Assembly (NCBI GenBank): GCA_026770705.1
Contig: JANJGN010000052.1
Span: 3,286,001 to 3,350,000 of the forward strand
Source: Isurus oxyrinchus
Taxonomy: Eukaryota
Reading direction: 5' to 3'
DNA: 64,000 nt
Each line of letters begins with the position of its first letter. Within the stretch, counting starts at the first letter, position 1. Positions 1 to 12,097 of the stretch are shown here, piece by piece. Position numbers and translations under genes: made by a program. Under the pieces are notes generated by a model. It worked only from the letters and a program-made list of their open reading frames with translations. It did not search any database and was not told the origin of the DNA.

Positions 1-132
1 CGTCAGTGGGAGTGTCCCAGGTTAAGACAGGTGCTGCTGTTCCATTGCACGTTGTGTTGAAGGTGCAGCTTACATCCACACGCTTTCCTGCAATAATTTC
101 AGCAGGGAATATCGTGGGTTTATCTGTGAAAT
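1..132 (-). CDS. Gene A C2-set Ig exon (5' part; truncated by window edge)
   Basis: Acceptor ctgtctgttag|ATTTCACAGATAAA; encodes DFTDKPTIFPAEIIAGKRVDVSCTFNTTCNGTAAPVLTWDTP, near-identical to 31685-31981. Confidence 0.85.
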
Positions 133-532
133 CTAACAGACAGAGAATGGATCCTTTTAGAGAAATATAACGTGAAGCATCAGTTCAAATAGAAACCACA
201 GTCCCACAAGAGAAAGCACTTTTACAAGGATGATATCAGAACTGAGAGGTTACAATGATCAGGAAATTATTTTAAACAGGATTAGAGAGATCGATGAGAG
301 TGGATAACCTGCTAACTTTGATGGACACAGTCAATACATTTAATCATTGATATTAAAGTGAGTATTAGAGGTTGCTTTAGGACTGATCTGGAAGCTATCA
401 CCAGGTTATTGAGAATCAGACAGTGTGTTATAATAAACTGTGTTTTGTGTTAATATGTAAACGTCACAGTTTGTGTTAATTCCCATTGAGTGTTGAATGT
501 GAATTGTTGAGTAATTATAACACAGCACTTAC

Positions 533-901
533 CAGAAACCTGAAGCTGGGTTACAGGCTAGTAGTTGTAACTATTACTGCTGTCAAATTCTATCCTGAAG
601 AAATAAGGTCCTGCATCTTCTCATCTGATGTTGTTTATAATCAGGGAACAGTCGCCATCTTTCAGGTCTCCAGACAGCCGGGTCCGATGGTGGAACCGTG
701 GTAACTCGTGACTGTGATCCTTGGAGTGAAAGGCAATGGGAGATCCAGGAATCTGATTCTCATTATTAAACCAGACTCCGACTCGTGGTTGGCTTTCCAA
801 ATGTGATGGATAACTGTAATGACATGGAATCTGTACACACGAATCTTCCTGCGCTGTCACCTCTCGTGGAGTGTCACCTTTCCACTCTTGTGACAGTCCA
901 A
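533..901 (-). pseudogene. Gene A Siglec V-set exon with two nonsense codons
   Basis: Flanked by ccccag| and |gtaagt; motifs SCVQIPC, DCSLIINNIR*EDAGPYFFRIE and YNY*PVTQL. Confidence 0.88.
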
Positions 902-1662
902 CTGGGGAGAGAAATATCAATATTTAACTCTGGATGGTTTGTAGATCCACTAGACTCGATATCCACCCCCTCCATCACTGGGGCACAGTGGCTGCAGTGT
1001 GGACCATCTACAGGACACACAAGGAACTCCCCAAGGTTTCACAATGGATGGAAGAGAATCCTGGACACAGGAATGGACAAGTTCATTCTACATTGGCTCA
1101 TGGTCCTCAGGACCCTGTTTAGTGAAGTCAGTCTTCCACCCAACACAGTGTCTCCAAGTCATGTGTTTTTCAAATTATCCGTTCATGGGATGTGCCCAGC
1201 ATTTATTACCCATCCCATGTCCATCAGAGGCATTTAAGAATCAATTGTATTGCTGTGGGTTTGGAGTGACATATAGGCCAGACTCGGTAAGGGTGGAGAT
1301 TTCCTTCCCTGAAGGGGATCAGTGAACCAGGCTTTTTAATCCCATTCATCTGCTGTGATGGGATTTACACCCAGGGCCCCAGAGCATCACCCTGGGCCTC
1401 TGGAATACTAGCCCAGTGACAATGCCTCTCTACTGCCGCTTCCCCTTAGTGAAGCCAGTCTTCCACCCAACACAGTGTCTACGAGACCCACCCATTGAGA
1501 TCCATTCAGTGCTGATTTTCAAGACAGGACAATGGATTAGGAGCCCTCAGAACTCCCCCCATTATCACCGTCATGAATCACTAATTAGCCTAACATTCCT
1601 GTCTGCTCTTCAACACAGCTGATTGGCTAATTTGATTCAATCTGATTGGTGCACTTTGTATC

Positions 1663-1872
1663 TTCATTGTCTGAGGAATCACTTTGGACCCTCATTGTCT
1701 AAGGAATCTCTTTGGATCCTCATTGTCTGAGGAATCCCTTTGGATCCTCATTGTCTAAGGAATCTCTTTGGATCCTCATTGTCTAAGGAATCTCTTTGGA
1801 TCCTCATTGTCTGAGGAATCTCTTTGGATCCTCATTGTCTGAGGAATCTCTTAGGATCCTCATTGTCTAATG
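1663..1872. repeat. 28-bp tandem repeat (CTCATTGTCTAAGGAATCTCTTTGGATC), ~7 copies
   Basis: Visible period of 28 (unit starts at 1691 and 1719). The paralogous intron in gene B (~37050-37140) has ~3 degenerate copies. Confidence 0.9.
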
Positions 1873-3046
1873 GATTATTTCTGATCCAAACCCCATATTG
1901 TTGTATTGTTGATTCCGATGCAGCATTGTAGACTGACTTGTCCCCAAGCTCAGCACTGACCCTACTCCAGCAGAGACTGTGAAACACACTAACAAAGCGC
2001 CTCTAGCCTGAGCTCTGCATGTGTCGGAGGTGCCGCTGTGTTGGGTTCATGACTTTCAAAGATGGTGTTGTTTATTTGTTCAAACTGAACTGGGCCCCAC
2101 ATGAAACGCTGCTACCAGAAACTTCTTGTTCCCTGTCCTTCTGAAACATCTGTGATTCAGCAGGATTCTGAAGTTTTGCTGACAAGGGTCTTAAATTGTC
2201 TGATTGTTGAATGATACAACACAGGAGGAGCTCATTTGACCCATCGTGCATGTGCTGGCTCTTTCCCAATTCCTCTCCAGCACCTTTCGCACATCCCTGC
2301 AAATTTCCCTTCAAGTATTTATCCAGTTTCCCTTCTGAAAGTTCCTGTTGAATCTGCTTCCACCGGCCTTTCAGGCAGTGAGTCAATGGTCTCTCTCTGA
2401 GCTGCAAAGTGCTAATGTTCTGAGAACTTAAAACTCTGCAGCAGATCAGAGACAATCATGATAACTCAGAATATTTGAAAGCTTTACACACGGACAGCTT
2501 TACCTTCCTTCTCTCTATCAGTTATCTTGCTCCCTTATTGAAGTATCTAGCATGGTGAGAATGGACAGGAAGTGTGACACTGAACAGCCTGTCTATTCTA
2601 GGAGCTGCTGTGTTGTCTTCATGGGAAATTTTGAATAAAGGCAGCAAAGGACACAAATTTCAGGCCATTGCTATCGGAGACCTCGCAGCAGGATAGACTT
2701 CATCCCCCAGTTTTTATCTTTGCTTCTCTACTCAACCCATCACTCCCCATCGCTCACTGACCAACGTCTGACAGCACCTGAATTTTAAGATCCTGCTCTC
2801 GCTGCTACAATTCTGCTGAACTTTGTAACGTCCTCCAGTCCCTACAACTCTCTGAGATCTCTGATCACTTCCAATTCTGCTGTCAGACAGGGAGTCAGTG
2901 TATATCAGTGAGCACAGGGGTGATGGGTGAATGGGACTTGGTCTGAGTTTGTGCACAGGGTCACTGCTGAATCGGTTCCCAATCACAGCTCAATAAGAAT
3001 GATCCTTTACAGAGACTATTAACATTAAATCTGATGATGATATTAC

Positions 3047-3086
3047 CTTGGAGAAGTGACAGGAGGAAGTAAGATTTCCCGATCAT
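3047..3086 (-). CDS. Gene A leader exon, MIGKSYFLLSLLQ
   Basis: ATG at 3086, 40 nt, phase-1 donor CAAG|gtaata; splices in frame to the V exon giving signal peptide MIGKSYFLLSLLQVGLSQ. Confidence 0.8.
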
Positions 3087-3939
3087 TGTCCACTCCCAGG
3101 TATTCCATCCACTTCTCACTCTCAAACTCTGAAAGAGAAAGGAGTTAATGAGACCTCACCTCTTGTCCGACAGCTCTCGAGAGATCAGAACTCCTTTTAG
3201 ACAATGACTTCAAAGACTAATTTGATTTCCTGTGGGATGATAGGTGTTCTGCAGAGAGTTAAAAGGCTTTAAGAATGAAAAACAATGAAGGGCTTGCATT
3301 TCTATAGCACCTTTCACCAGCTCAGGGCATCCCATTTTCCTCATCCCTTGAGCTAGAAAGATGTTCTGTACAACAGACTTGAGCCTCACACCCAGATCTC
3401 AATAATCAGTAGAAATCTTTCAAAGGCATCAATCATTGGAATCTGTCTTTATAAAGTCACAACATCAACAAAGGACGGTGTTGGTGGTGGAAGTGAATTC
3501 CAATCGTTCCGTTACTTACCCAGGACCTGTCCGACTGCTCGCCTGGGGAGGAACTGCCCACACGCTCTGCTTGGGCTGAATGACCTCTTCCTGTGCTCCT
3601 CCCTCTGTGTATTTAATTAGAAAGGGTGAATGTGTCTCTGTAAGTCAAAATGTGAGTTGGTTTGTGTGAATTTGAGAAACCAACTCTTTGTCTTCCACCG
3701 TAAGCAAACTGGTAACCCCTTTGGTGTCAAGAATGTGGTTGAATTGCCTCTTCCTGTTCCTGTGTAACAGTCTCGAGGGGCTGAATGGCCGCTCCAGTTC
3801 CTGTGTAACAGGCTCGAGGGGCTGAATGGCCTCCTTCTGCTCTGTAAACTTGTTGTGATTCTGTAACTGCCTCTGTTTTTAAATTCAGCTGAATCGTCAG
3901 CTCTTCAGTCTCTTCCTTGTATCTCTGGATTCAGTCCCA

Positions 3940-4050
3940 AGGGAGTGCTGCACTGTCAGTGGGTCAGTACTGGGGGAGTGCTGCACTGTCAAAGGGTCAG
4001 TACTGAGGAAGTGCTGCACTGTCAGAACTGCCATAGTTCGGATGATGTTT
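3940..4050. repeat. Short 33-bp minisatellite array running into DeuSINE-like sequence; ~3940-4200 is duplicated at ~6220-6520
   Basis: GGGAGTGCTGCACTGTC units; shared flank (GTTTGAAATT...TATTTTTAAATAA) in both copies. Confidence 0.7.
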
Positions 4051-4787
4051 GAAATTAGCAACATGTCTCGTGTAAAATAAATCATCAGCTCTATATAAAT
4101 AGATTGTCCTGTACGTTTCACTTTACTGCAAATTGTTCATGGTTTCATTTCCTTGTTAACCAGGCTCATGTGATGACTATTTTTAAATAATGTTTGTTAT
4201 TTGGAACAAGGGGCCATGCCTGAACAGATAACTGTCGGATCAAGCAGCTGGGTTTTTGCTTGAACCTGGCTTCATTCAGATGTTTGCTGCTGGACATGAG
4301 ATCATTAATGTGTGAATGTAGAATCGGAGTCACCTCAGTGAACAGCAGCATTGGTTGAACAGCCTGATCTGCAATAAGAACTGCTGAACACAATGTCCGT
4401 TCAGAACAGCTCGGTCCCCGATCAGAGAAACAGCCTCAGACAGAACCAACTGACGCTTGAATCCATACAATTCATCAACGTGTTGGGAGTTAGTTTGATG
4501 TCAGAGATGGAGTGTTACTGGGAAGGAGGGAACCCGTCAGGATGAACAGCTCGATGTACGACAAGGAAAGGATGAGCTAAGAGGGGTTGGTCACGGACAG
4601 ACGGAGCGTGTGAAGACTCAACAAGCTAATGGCAGGTGAAGAGCTGGAAAGGTGTCTTTTCAACACAAAGTTTAGACACAGAACTTGATGTTTGATCGGG
4701 TATTTCAAACCAGAGAAACTCTTTACAGGGTGAATGGAACTTGTCAATAATCCATCCAGCCAACCTCGCCTGGAGATTAGTCCAATA

Positions 4788-5062
4788 TTAGACACTAAAC
4801 CGAGTCCCCCGTCTGCCCTCTCGGGCGGGTGTGAAAGATCCCACAGCCACTATTTGGAGGAAGAGCAAGGGGGAATTCTCCCCGGTGTCCTGGCACCAAT
4901 ATTTATCCCTCAACCAACATCACCAAAAACAGATGATCACATTGCTGTTTGTGGGAGCTTGCTGTGCGCTAATTGGCTGCTGCGTTTCCTACATTACAAC
5001 AGTAACCACACTTCGAAAAAAGGGTGAACTCAACTGTAAAGTGTTCTGGGACATCCAGAGAC
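4788..5062 (+). mobile_element. DeuSINE (SacSINE1/AmnSINE-like) fragment
   Basis: Resembles the Deu-domain consensus as I recall it: CCGTCTGCCCTCTC..AAAGATCCCA..GAAGAGCA..TCTCCCCGGTGTCCTGG..AATATTTATCCCTCAACCAACATCAC..CACATTGCTGTTTGTGGGAGCTTGCTGTGCG. Confidence 0.75.
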
Positions 5063-5542
5063 CATGCTGTACAGAAGAGATTTGACAGGAGCAGCAAGTG
5101 TTTTACTTACAGGAGAATGAGTCCCCAGGGTTGTAGAGTCAATCCTGTCAGATGAATGTCTAACTGGAGACACTTCAGGGAGCTGATCTAATTCTGGAAA
5201 TGTTCAGTTTAGCAGGATCGGAGGAGAGATGATCTTCCTCTCCTGACTGCATCGGACACGAGGTGAAGTGGCTCTGGGAGGAGGGTCAGTGTTAACCCAG
5301 TTTTTCTGTGTTTGAGGGAGATGTGAAACTGGGGAAGTCACGTGGTTTTTTGGTGTGGTCACTCCATGTCTTTATTTGGTGCAGCACTCATTTAGTTCCT
5401 GTCGTTGTTTCAATGCTACAAAACCACAGCGCATTCTGGACTATTTCTGCCTGACCTGCTGTCAGATACACACAATCTGACAGAGAGGTGGAAAAGTGGT
5501 CCCTAGCAACGTGTGAAACTGTAAACTCGACTCAGTCAGAAT

Positions 5543-6050
5543 GCACACACATACACACACACACACAAACACACACACACACTCACACACATACACACAT
5601 ACACACATTTTCTCTTGTTCATTCTTTTAAACACACACACTCCCTCTCAAACACGCACACCCTCTCTCGCACACTCCCTCTCTCAAACACATACACCCTC
5701 TCTCTCAAACACACACACACACGCTCTCATGCACACGCTCTCTCACATACACGCTCTCTCTTTCACACACACACTATCTAACACCCACAGATTCTCTCTC
5801 TTTCTTTCTCTCTCACACATAAGCTCTCTCTCTAACACAGACATTCCCTTTCTCTCACACACACTCTCTCTCTCACACAATTCAGCTACCTCACTCTCTC
5901 ATGCGTACACACTCTACCTCTCTTTTGCTCTCTCACACATTTTCTCTTTCTCTCTATCCTTCTCTCTCGCACACATACGCACTGTCACTCTCTCACACAC
6001 ACATTGTCTCTCTTTCTCACACACGCACTCACTCTCTCTCTCTCTCTCTC
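5543..6050. repeat. CA/CT low-complexity microsatellite tract
   Basis: Direct inspection. Confidence 0.9.
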
Positions 6051-6119
6051 CAAGACAGCAGGTTGGGGTTTTCAAACCATCTCAAGGTTACAGCTCAAAA
6101 CCAGATGGACTCTCCCCAG

Positions 6120-6345
6120 TGAGGGAGTACTGAGGGAGTGCTGCACTGTCAGGAGGTCAGTACTGAGGGAGACCCTGCTCGATCAAAGGATCAGTACTGA
6201 GGCAGTGCTGAACTGTCGGAGGGTCAGTACTGAGGGAGTGCTGCACTGTCAGAGGGTCAGTACTGAGGGAGTGCTGCACTGTCGGAGGGTCAGTGCTGAG
6301 GGAGTGCTGCACTGTCGGAGAGTGAGCGCTGAGGGAAAGCTGCTC
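6120..6345. repeat. 33-bp minisatellite, ~6 copies
   Basis: CAGTACTGAGGGAGTGCTGCACTGTC(A/G)GAGGGT units. Confidence 0.9.
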
Positions 6346-6825
6346 TGTCAGACCTGCCATATTTCAGATGAAGTTTGAAATTAACAACATGCCTCATGTA
6401 TAATTATATATCATCAGCTCAAAATAAATAGATTATTCCTGTACGTTTCACTTTACTGTAAATTGTTGGCAGTTTCATTTCCTTAGAAACCAGGCTTGTG
6501 TGATCACTATTTTTAAATAACATTAATAATTAAGATGCAACAATANNNNNNNNNNNNNNNNNNNNNNNNNNNNNNNNNNNNNNNNNNNNNNNNNNNNNNN
6601 NNNNNNNNNNNNNNNNNNNNNNNNNNNNNNNNNNNNNNNNNNNNNNNNNNNNNNNNNNNNNNNNNNNNNNNNNNNNNNNNNNNNNNNNNNNNNNNNNNNN
6701 NNNNNNATAGACTCACTCAGACACACACACACACTCACATATGTTCACACTGACACACGCTCGCGCAGGCAGACACACTCATGCTCACACAGACAGGCAG
6801 AGAGACAGCCACACACACACACACA

Positions 6826-7619
6826 TGTCAGAAATAAAAAGTTAGAGTCCAATAAAAATTTAAATGAATATATGATTGATAGCTTTGCTTGTCTTCGAGG
6901 TGTAGATTGTTGAAGTTTGCAAAGTTGATTGGTTTCCTGTGGCATCCTTGTGGTGATTTGATTCAGATTTGCACTTTGTTGAAGACGCTCTGTTAGCTTC
7001 AGAAAGAGAGAGAGAGAGAGAGAATTTCTGCTCTTTTCCAGCAGTGTTTTTGGGTGACTGCCATCTTTCCTTTTCCTCCTACTTTCTCTTATATCTGCTT
7101 GACAGAACCTGTTGTTAAACTCCTGTCTGTATATTCCCAAAGGGAATTCGATCAGCATGTCTTACATTCATTGTTATAGGCCAAGTAATCCCATTTTTTG
7201 ATCTTTGCATCTCTGAAACATTTGATGCATTTCAAGATATAAATCAACAGGAGATGGAGACATTTCATCCTCCACAAGGGGTTTTGAATGATTGATGAAT
7301 ATCTGCATGGTGAGCAGTTCCCATTATCTTGATAGACCTACAGTGATCAAAGCCCAGCACTTTGCATTTTTAAGGGAGTCCCAGTTTCAAGTGGACCCTG
7401 ACACATCTCAGTGAGAACCTTCATGCAACATGTCTGTAGTGCAATTCATTTGAAGCTTTCCAGAGAAGTGATCACGTTTGCAGTATCAGCAATCAGGTGA
7501 CTCGTGACAGCCATTTTTGATCAGAGCCTAATCTGGTAATTTTGAAAAACAGGTCTCCTTTAAACAGTTCAATACATTTTTGGCTTGTTGGTTAAGTTGA
7601 AGGAAGCTCTGTTATGACA
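6826..7619. mobile_element. ~0.8-kb interspersed element, solo-LTR-like (related copy ~9510-10360, fragment 8167-8345)
   Basis: TGTCA...TGACA ends; long co-linear similarity with ~9580-10350; no ORF. Confidence 0.5.
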
Positions 7620-8008
7620 TAACAGATGGTAAATGCTGAGCTGTTCAAATCCTGGAGGGAAACTTGAAACAACTGTCACAACTAATTTCCAACTTGTATG
7701 TTTTGAGATGTGGGCTTTGAATTCAGTAGTAATGAGGTTAAGAGGTTTAACAGGTAATTCTGTTCACCTCAACAGGTTCACCACTTGTCTGATACAGTCA
7801 GGAGAGGGAGATCATCTCTATTCCGATCCAGGTAAACTGAACACTTCCAGAATTAGATCAGCTCCCTGAAGTGTCTCCAGTTAGTCATTCATCTGACAGG
7901 ATTGACTCTACAACCCTGGGGACTCATTCTCCTGTAAGTAAAACACTTGCTGCTCCTGTCAAATCTCTTCTGTACAGCATGGTCTCTGGATGTCCCAGAA
8001 CACTTTAC

Positions 8009-8970
8009 AATAGAGTTCACCCTTTTTTCAGAGTAAGAGGATTTTATAAAACTAAATTAAACATTGATTAACAAGAAAAAATGATTTTTAAGCATACACA
8101 TCTGTCTATAAATTACTACTATAATAACTTCTAAATCCCTTAATTAATTTAACTTCCATTTACACATGTCAGAATTAAAAAGAGTCCGACAAAAATTTGA
8201 AAGAATATATGATTAATACCTTTGCTTGTCTTTGAGGCGTAGATTGCTGAAGTTTGCAGCTGTTCAAAGTTAATTGGTTACCTGTGGCATCCTGGTGGTT
8301 ATTTGATTCAGATTTGCATTTTGTTGATGACGCTCTGTTATCTCTGTTAAGGCAACAGTAAAACACAGAGATTTTAAATGTCCCAGGAACAGTAAACGAT
8401 ACGCTGAACAGTTGAGTTCAAAGTGAATTCTCTTAACTTCAGTCCCTGGAGGCAGCAGCTTGGAACATGCAGGCTGAAGGCTTTTCATCATTGTAAGATC
8501 TTAAAAACACCGACCCTTACACACAGTCTTCACTCCTTGATACATATTTTCCCCTTTGAATGCAAATTCCCATTGTTTCACTATGTCTTTGGACTTTATC
8601 TTTGTAATAATACAAATCTCTCATAGCCCTAAGTTTTACCAGTAATCTTTGGCAAAAATAAACACCCTGTTTCTTATCTTCACCTGGCTGGGTGACACAT
8701 TTCTCTCCTTCTTTGAAAACAATCTAGTTTGGTTTAATTTAAAATGCAAATTGCCCCCTTTACACTTCACATTCTAAAACATCCCCATGTTTACCTAATA
8801 AACAGTTCAAACCAAACTTCTCTTCTCACATCAAAACACCCAGACCAGCTTCCTCTAATTCCAATAAGTCTCACACAAACACATCACAGACACATGTGGA
8901 CACAGACACATGGACTCTATTTTACAATAAATTCCAATAACATTATGGAGATTATTATATATTCCTGACA
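8009..8970. mobile_element. Solo-LTR-like repeat (family also at 13176, 39456, 43902, ~50410)
   Basis: Shared blocks (TTAAGGCAACAG, CCCTTTGAA, ..ATTATA..TTC.TGACA end) among the dispersed copies. Confidence 0.5.
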
Positions 8971-9014
8971 TGCTGTCACTCACTCGCAGTTTCCTGTCAG
9001 TGGGACATTATCTT

Positions 9015-9459
9015 TGTTTGTGTGTGTTTGTGTGTGGGTAAGTGGATGTGGGTGTGTGTGAATGTGTGTGTGTGAGAGTGTGTGTGTGAGAGTGTGTGTG
9101 TGTGTGCATGTTGTTACAACTGGGTGACGGGCAGTGAACTGGCTCCCTTTCTATTCAACCCCCATGGTTGGTTGCAAAAAGGGTTTAAAATATAGTTTCC
9201 CCCAAATGCAATTTCCACAACAAGTCATACACACGCTCACACACAGGCACACATACACACGCTCACACACAGGCACACATACACACGCTCACACACAGGC
9301 ACACATACACACACTCACACGCAGGCCCACACACACAGACACACAGGTGCACACGCATACACACACAAACGCACACAAACACAGACAAGCACAGACACAC
9401 ACCACACTGACACCCACACACAGACAGGCACAGACACACACACACGCTCACACAGGAAG

Positions 9460-9504
<45 letters not shown>

Positions 9505-9505
9505 G
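9015..9505. repeat. TG/CA microsatellite tracts
   Basis: Direct inspection. Confidence 0.85.
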
Positions 9506-10377
9506 ATATCAGAGGTAAAATAATTATGGAGCCCAATTAAAAAAAAATCAAAGAGTTATTATACTGCAGCATAGTTTGTGAAGTTTGAAGCTGTTTTAAA
9601 TTAGTTGGTATGCTGTAGAATCCTGTATTTCATCTGGCTCAGACTTGCACATGATTGAAGACACTCTGTTAGCTTCAGACAGAGAGAGAGAAAGAAGGGG
9701 GAAGAGAGAGAGAGAGAGAGAGACAGGGAGAGAGGGAGAAATCATTTCTGTTCTTTTCTAGCAGGGTTTTTAGATGACTGCCATATTTCTTTTTCCTCCT
9801 CCTTTCTCTTATATCTGCTTGGCAGAACCATTTGTTAAACTCCTGTCTGTATATTCCTGAAGGGAATTCAATCAGCATGTTTTGCATTCATTGTTAAAGG
9901 CCAAGTATTCACGTTTTTTATCTTTGCATCTCCAAAACATTTGATGCATTTCAAGATATAAATCAACAAGAGATGGGGATATTGCATCCTCCACAGGGGG
10001 TTTTGAATGGTTGATGATTATCCGCTTGGTGAGCAGTTCCCACTGTTTTGATAGAACTACAGCTGATCAAAGTCCAGCACTTTGCATTTTAATGCTTTCC
10101 TTTTAAGAGTGTCCCTGTTTGCAGTGAACCCTGACACACCCCAGGCGTGACCTTCCTGCAACAGGTCTGCAGTGCAATTCATTTGAACTTTTCCAGAGAA
10201 GTGATCAACTTCACAGTATCAGCTATCAGATGACTTGTGTCAGCCATTTTTGATCTGTGTACAATCTTGTATTTCTTTGCAAAACAGGTCACTTTTAGAC
10301 AGTTCAATACATCTTTGGTCAGTTAGTTAAGTTGTAGGAAGCTCTAAATCACAGTTTGCTGTCAGGATATTGTCTTT

Positions 10378-10810
10378 GGGTGTGTGTTTGGGTGTGTGTA
10401 AGTGAGTGTCTGTGTGTGTGTGAGAATGTGAGTGTGTTTGTGTCTGTCTNNNNNNNNNNNNNNNNNNNNNNNNNNNNNNNNNNNNNNNNNNNNNNNNNNN
10501 NNNNNNNNNNNNNNNNNNNNNNNNNNNNNNNNNNNNNNNNNNNNNNNNNNNNNNNNNNNNNNNNNNNNNNNNNNNNNNNNNNNNNNNNNNNNNNNNNNNN
10601 TGTGTCTGTCTGTAAGTGTGTGAGCGTGTGTATGTGTGTTTGTGTATGTGTGTGAGCATGTGTATGTCTGTTTGTGTATGTGTGTGTGCGTGTCTGTGTG
10701 TGTGTGTGAGTGAGTGTGTGTGTCTCTGTATGTGAGTATGTGTGTATGGGTATGTCTGTGTATGTGTCTGTGTGTGTGTGTCTGTGTGTGTTTTTGTGAG
10801 AGAGAGAGAG
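10378..10810. repeat. TG microsatellite tract with N gap
   Basis: Direct inspection. Confidence 0.85.
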
Positions 10811-11469
10811 CAAGCGCTTCACAGAGTGAAACCTCCCTGAGTGTGGCCGCTGTGTTTAACATTTAAGCCACACAGACAGGATGTGGTTAAAACGTGAAAC
10901 CACAAGGAGTGAGTGTGTATTCCAGTGACTGTCTCTCTGTGGGTTTCCTGTTGGTTTCTGTGAACTGCCTGTGGTTTTAAAAAGAATCTTCCAACCCCAC
11001 ATGCACGGCATCAAATAAGAATTTGGAAGCTGCTGCTCAGAGAGTAACTAGTCCCCCGAGAATTCACAGCCCCTCAAACACAGATTAACAGCATTAATCC
11101 TGACCGTCAGCCCACTCACTCATTGCCTCTTGTCTCAGACACTAGAAAGTGGAAGTTAAGGCCGGATTTTCACTCCCGGGTCGGGGGACACAGAGACGGC
11201 AGGAAAAAATAACAAAATATGTCTCGAGCACACAGAGCTCCAAGGGAAGGGTCGTGCTGCAGCTAAGGTGTGAGACATGGCACATTCCCCGGATGCAGCA
11301 TTGAGGCTTGTATGTCTACACAGCTGATGTAGGTGCACATGGAACACGTGTGAATGAGCACTGTGATGCACACACACCCTGGAGAGTAATATCCCTCCAT
11401 GCACTACATATCAGGCTAACATCAACTCATGTTGTCATTGCTGACTCACAGGGTTGAAGCAGGTCACAG

Positions 11470-11690
11470 AGACGGCTCATCTTAAACCCCTCGATTAGAT
11501 CACCCCTTAATCTTCGAGACTCGAGGGAACACAAGCCTGGTCTGTGCAACCTGTCCTCGGGATTTAACCCTTTCAGCTCCGGGATCATCCTGGTGACACT
11601 GCACAGCACCCCCTCCAAGGACAATATATCCTTCCTAAGCTGCTGGACTCAGAACTGAACCCAGTGACTCCAGATTGGGTGTGCAGGGAC
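11470..11690 (-). mobile_element. CR1-type LINE ORF2 C-terminal fragment
   Basis: Translation TRMIPELKGL..EDRL..GLCSLESRRLRGDLIE is typical of the CR1 RT C-terminus. Confidence 0.75.
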
Positions 11691-12097
11691 CTTAATAAAA
11701 CTGTGCCAGACACTTCAAAAATCTCTTCAATTCAACCTTGTAAACGCAGTAGGAAAAATCCCACGGGGCCATTGTATCTTAGCAACATCGTAAACTTGGC
11801 CAAAAGAATCTCCCTGGTCACCCCTGAGTGTTACTCATATTGTAAACACAAAGTATACAGCTCCTCCAGTCTCTGAGAAGCAAAATTATGCCACTAGAGC
11901 ACCACCACTGGCAGGAGGCTGTAATTACAGTGTGACATGTTTACATGGGAATGTTCCATTACCAATGACACAGGAATTTAAATAATCAGAAGGACATGTG
12001 ACAACAGGAAGTGGTGCCTTGGAGAATGAAATTATTCACTAGAGTACGTATTTAATTTGATAAAAATGTACAGAAATGTCAGGACATTTTAATTGCT

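Larger units (their letters stand above)
1..3086 (-). pseudogene. Gene A: Siglec-like pseudogene (leader 3047-3086, V-set exon 533-901, C2-set exon <1-132; continues off the left edge)
   Basis: Same exon set and splice sites as genes B and C. The V exon has in-frame TGA at 621-623 (CGG/Arg in paralogues) and TAG at 558-560 (TAC/Tyr in paralogues). Confidence 0.85.

Noticed and set aside
2072-2640. ORF MSLICCRV... conserved at 37271-37726 and ~48515, plus a nearby donor-like GAAG|gtaaag
   Set aside because: Similarity reflects intron duplication and includes a LINE 3' fragment; the frame is not conserved in C and the donor is absent in B.
5488-10862. His/Thr- or Cys/Val-rich ORFs (also throughout 21-31 kb)
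   Set aside because: Translations of CA/TG microsatellites and N gaps.
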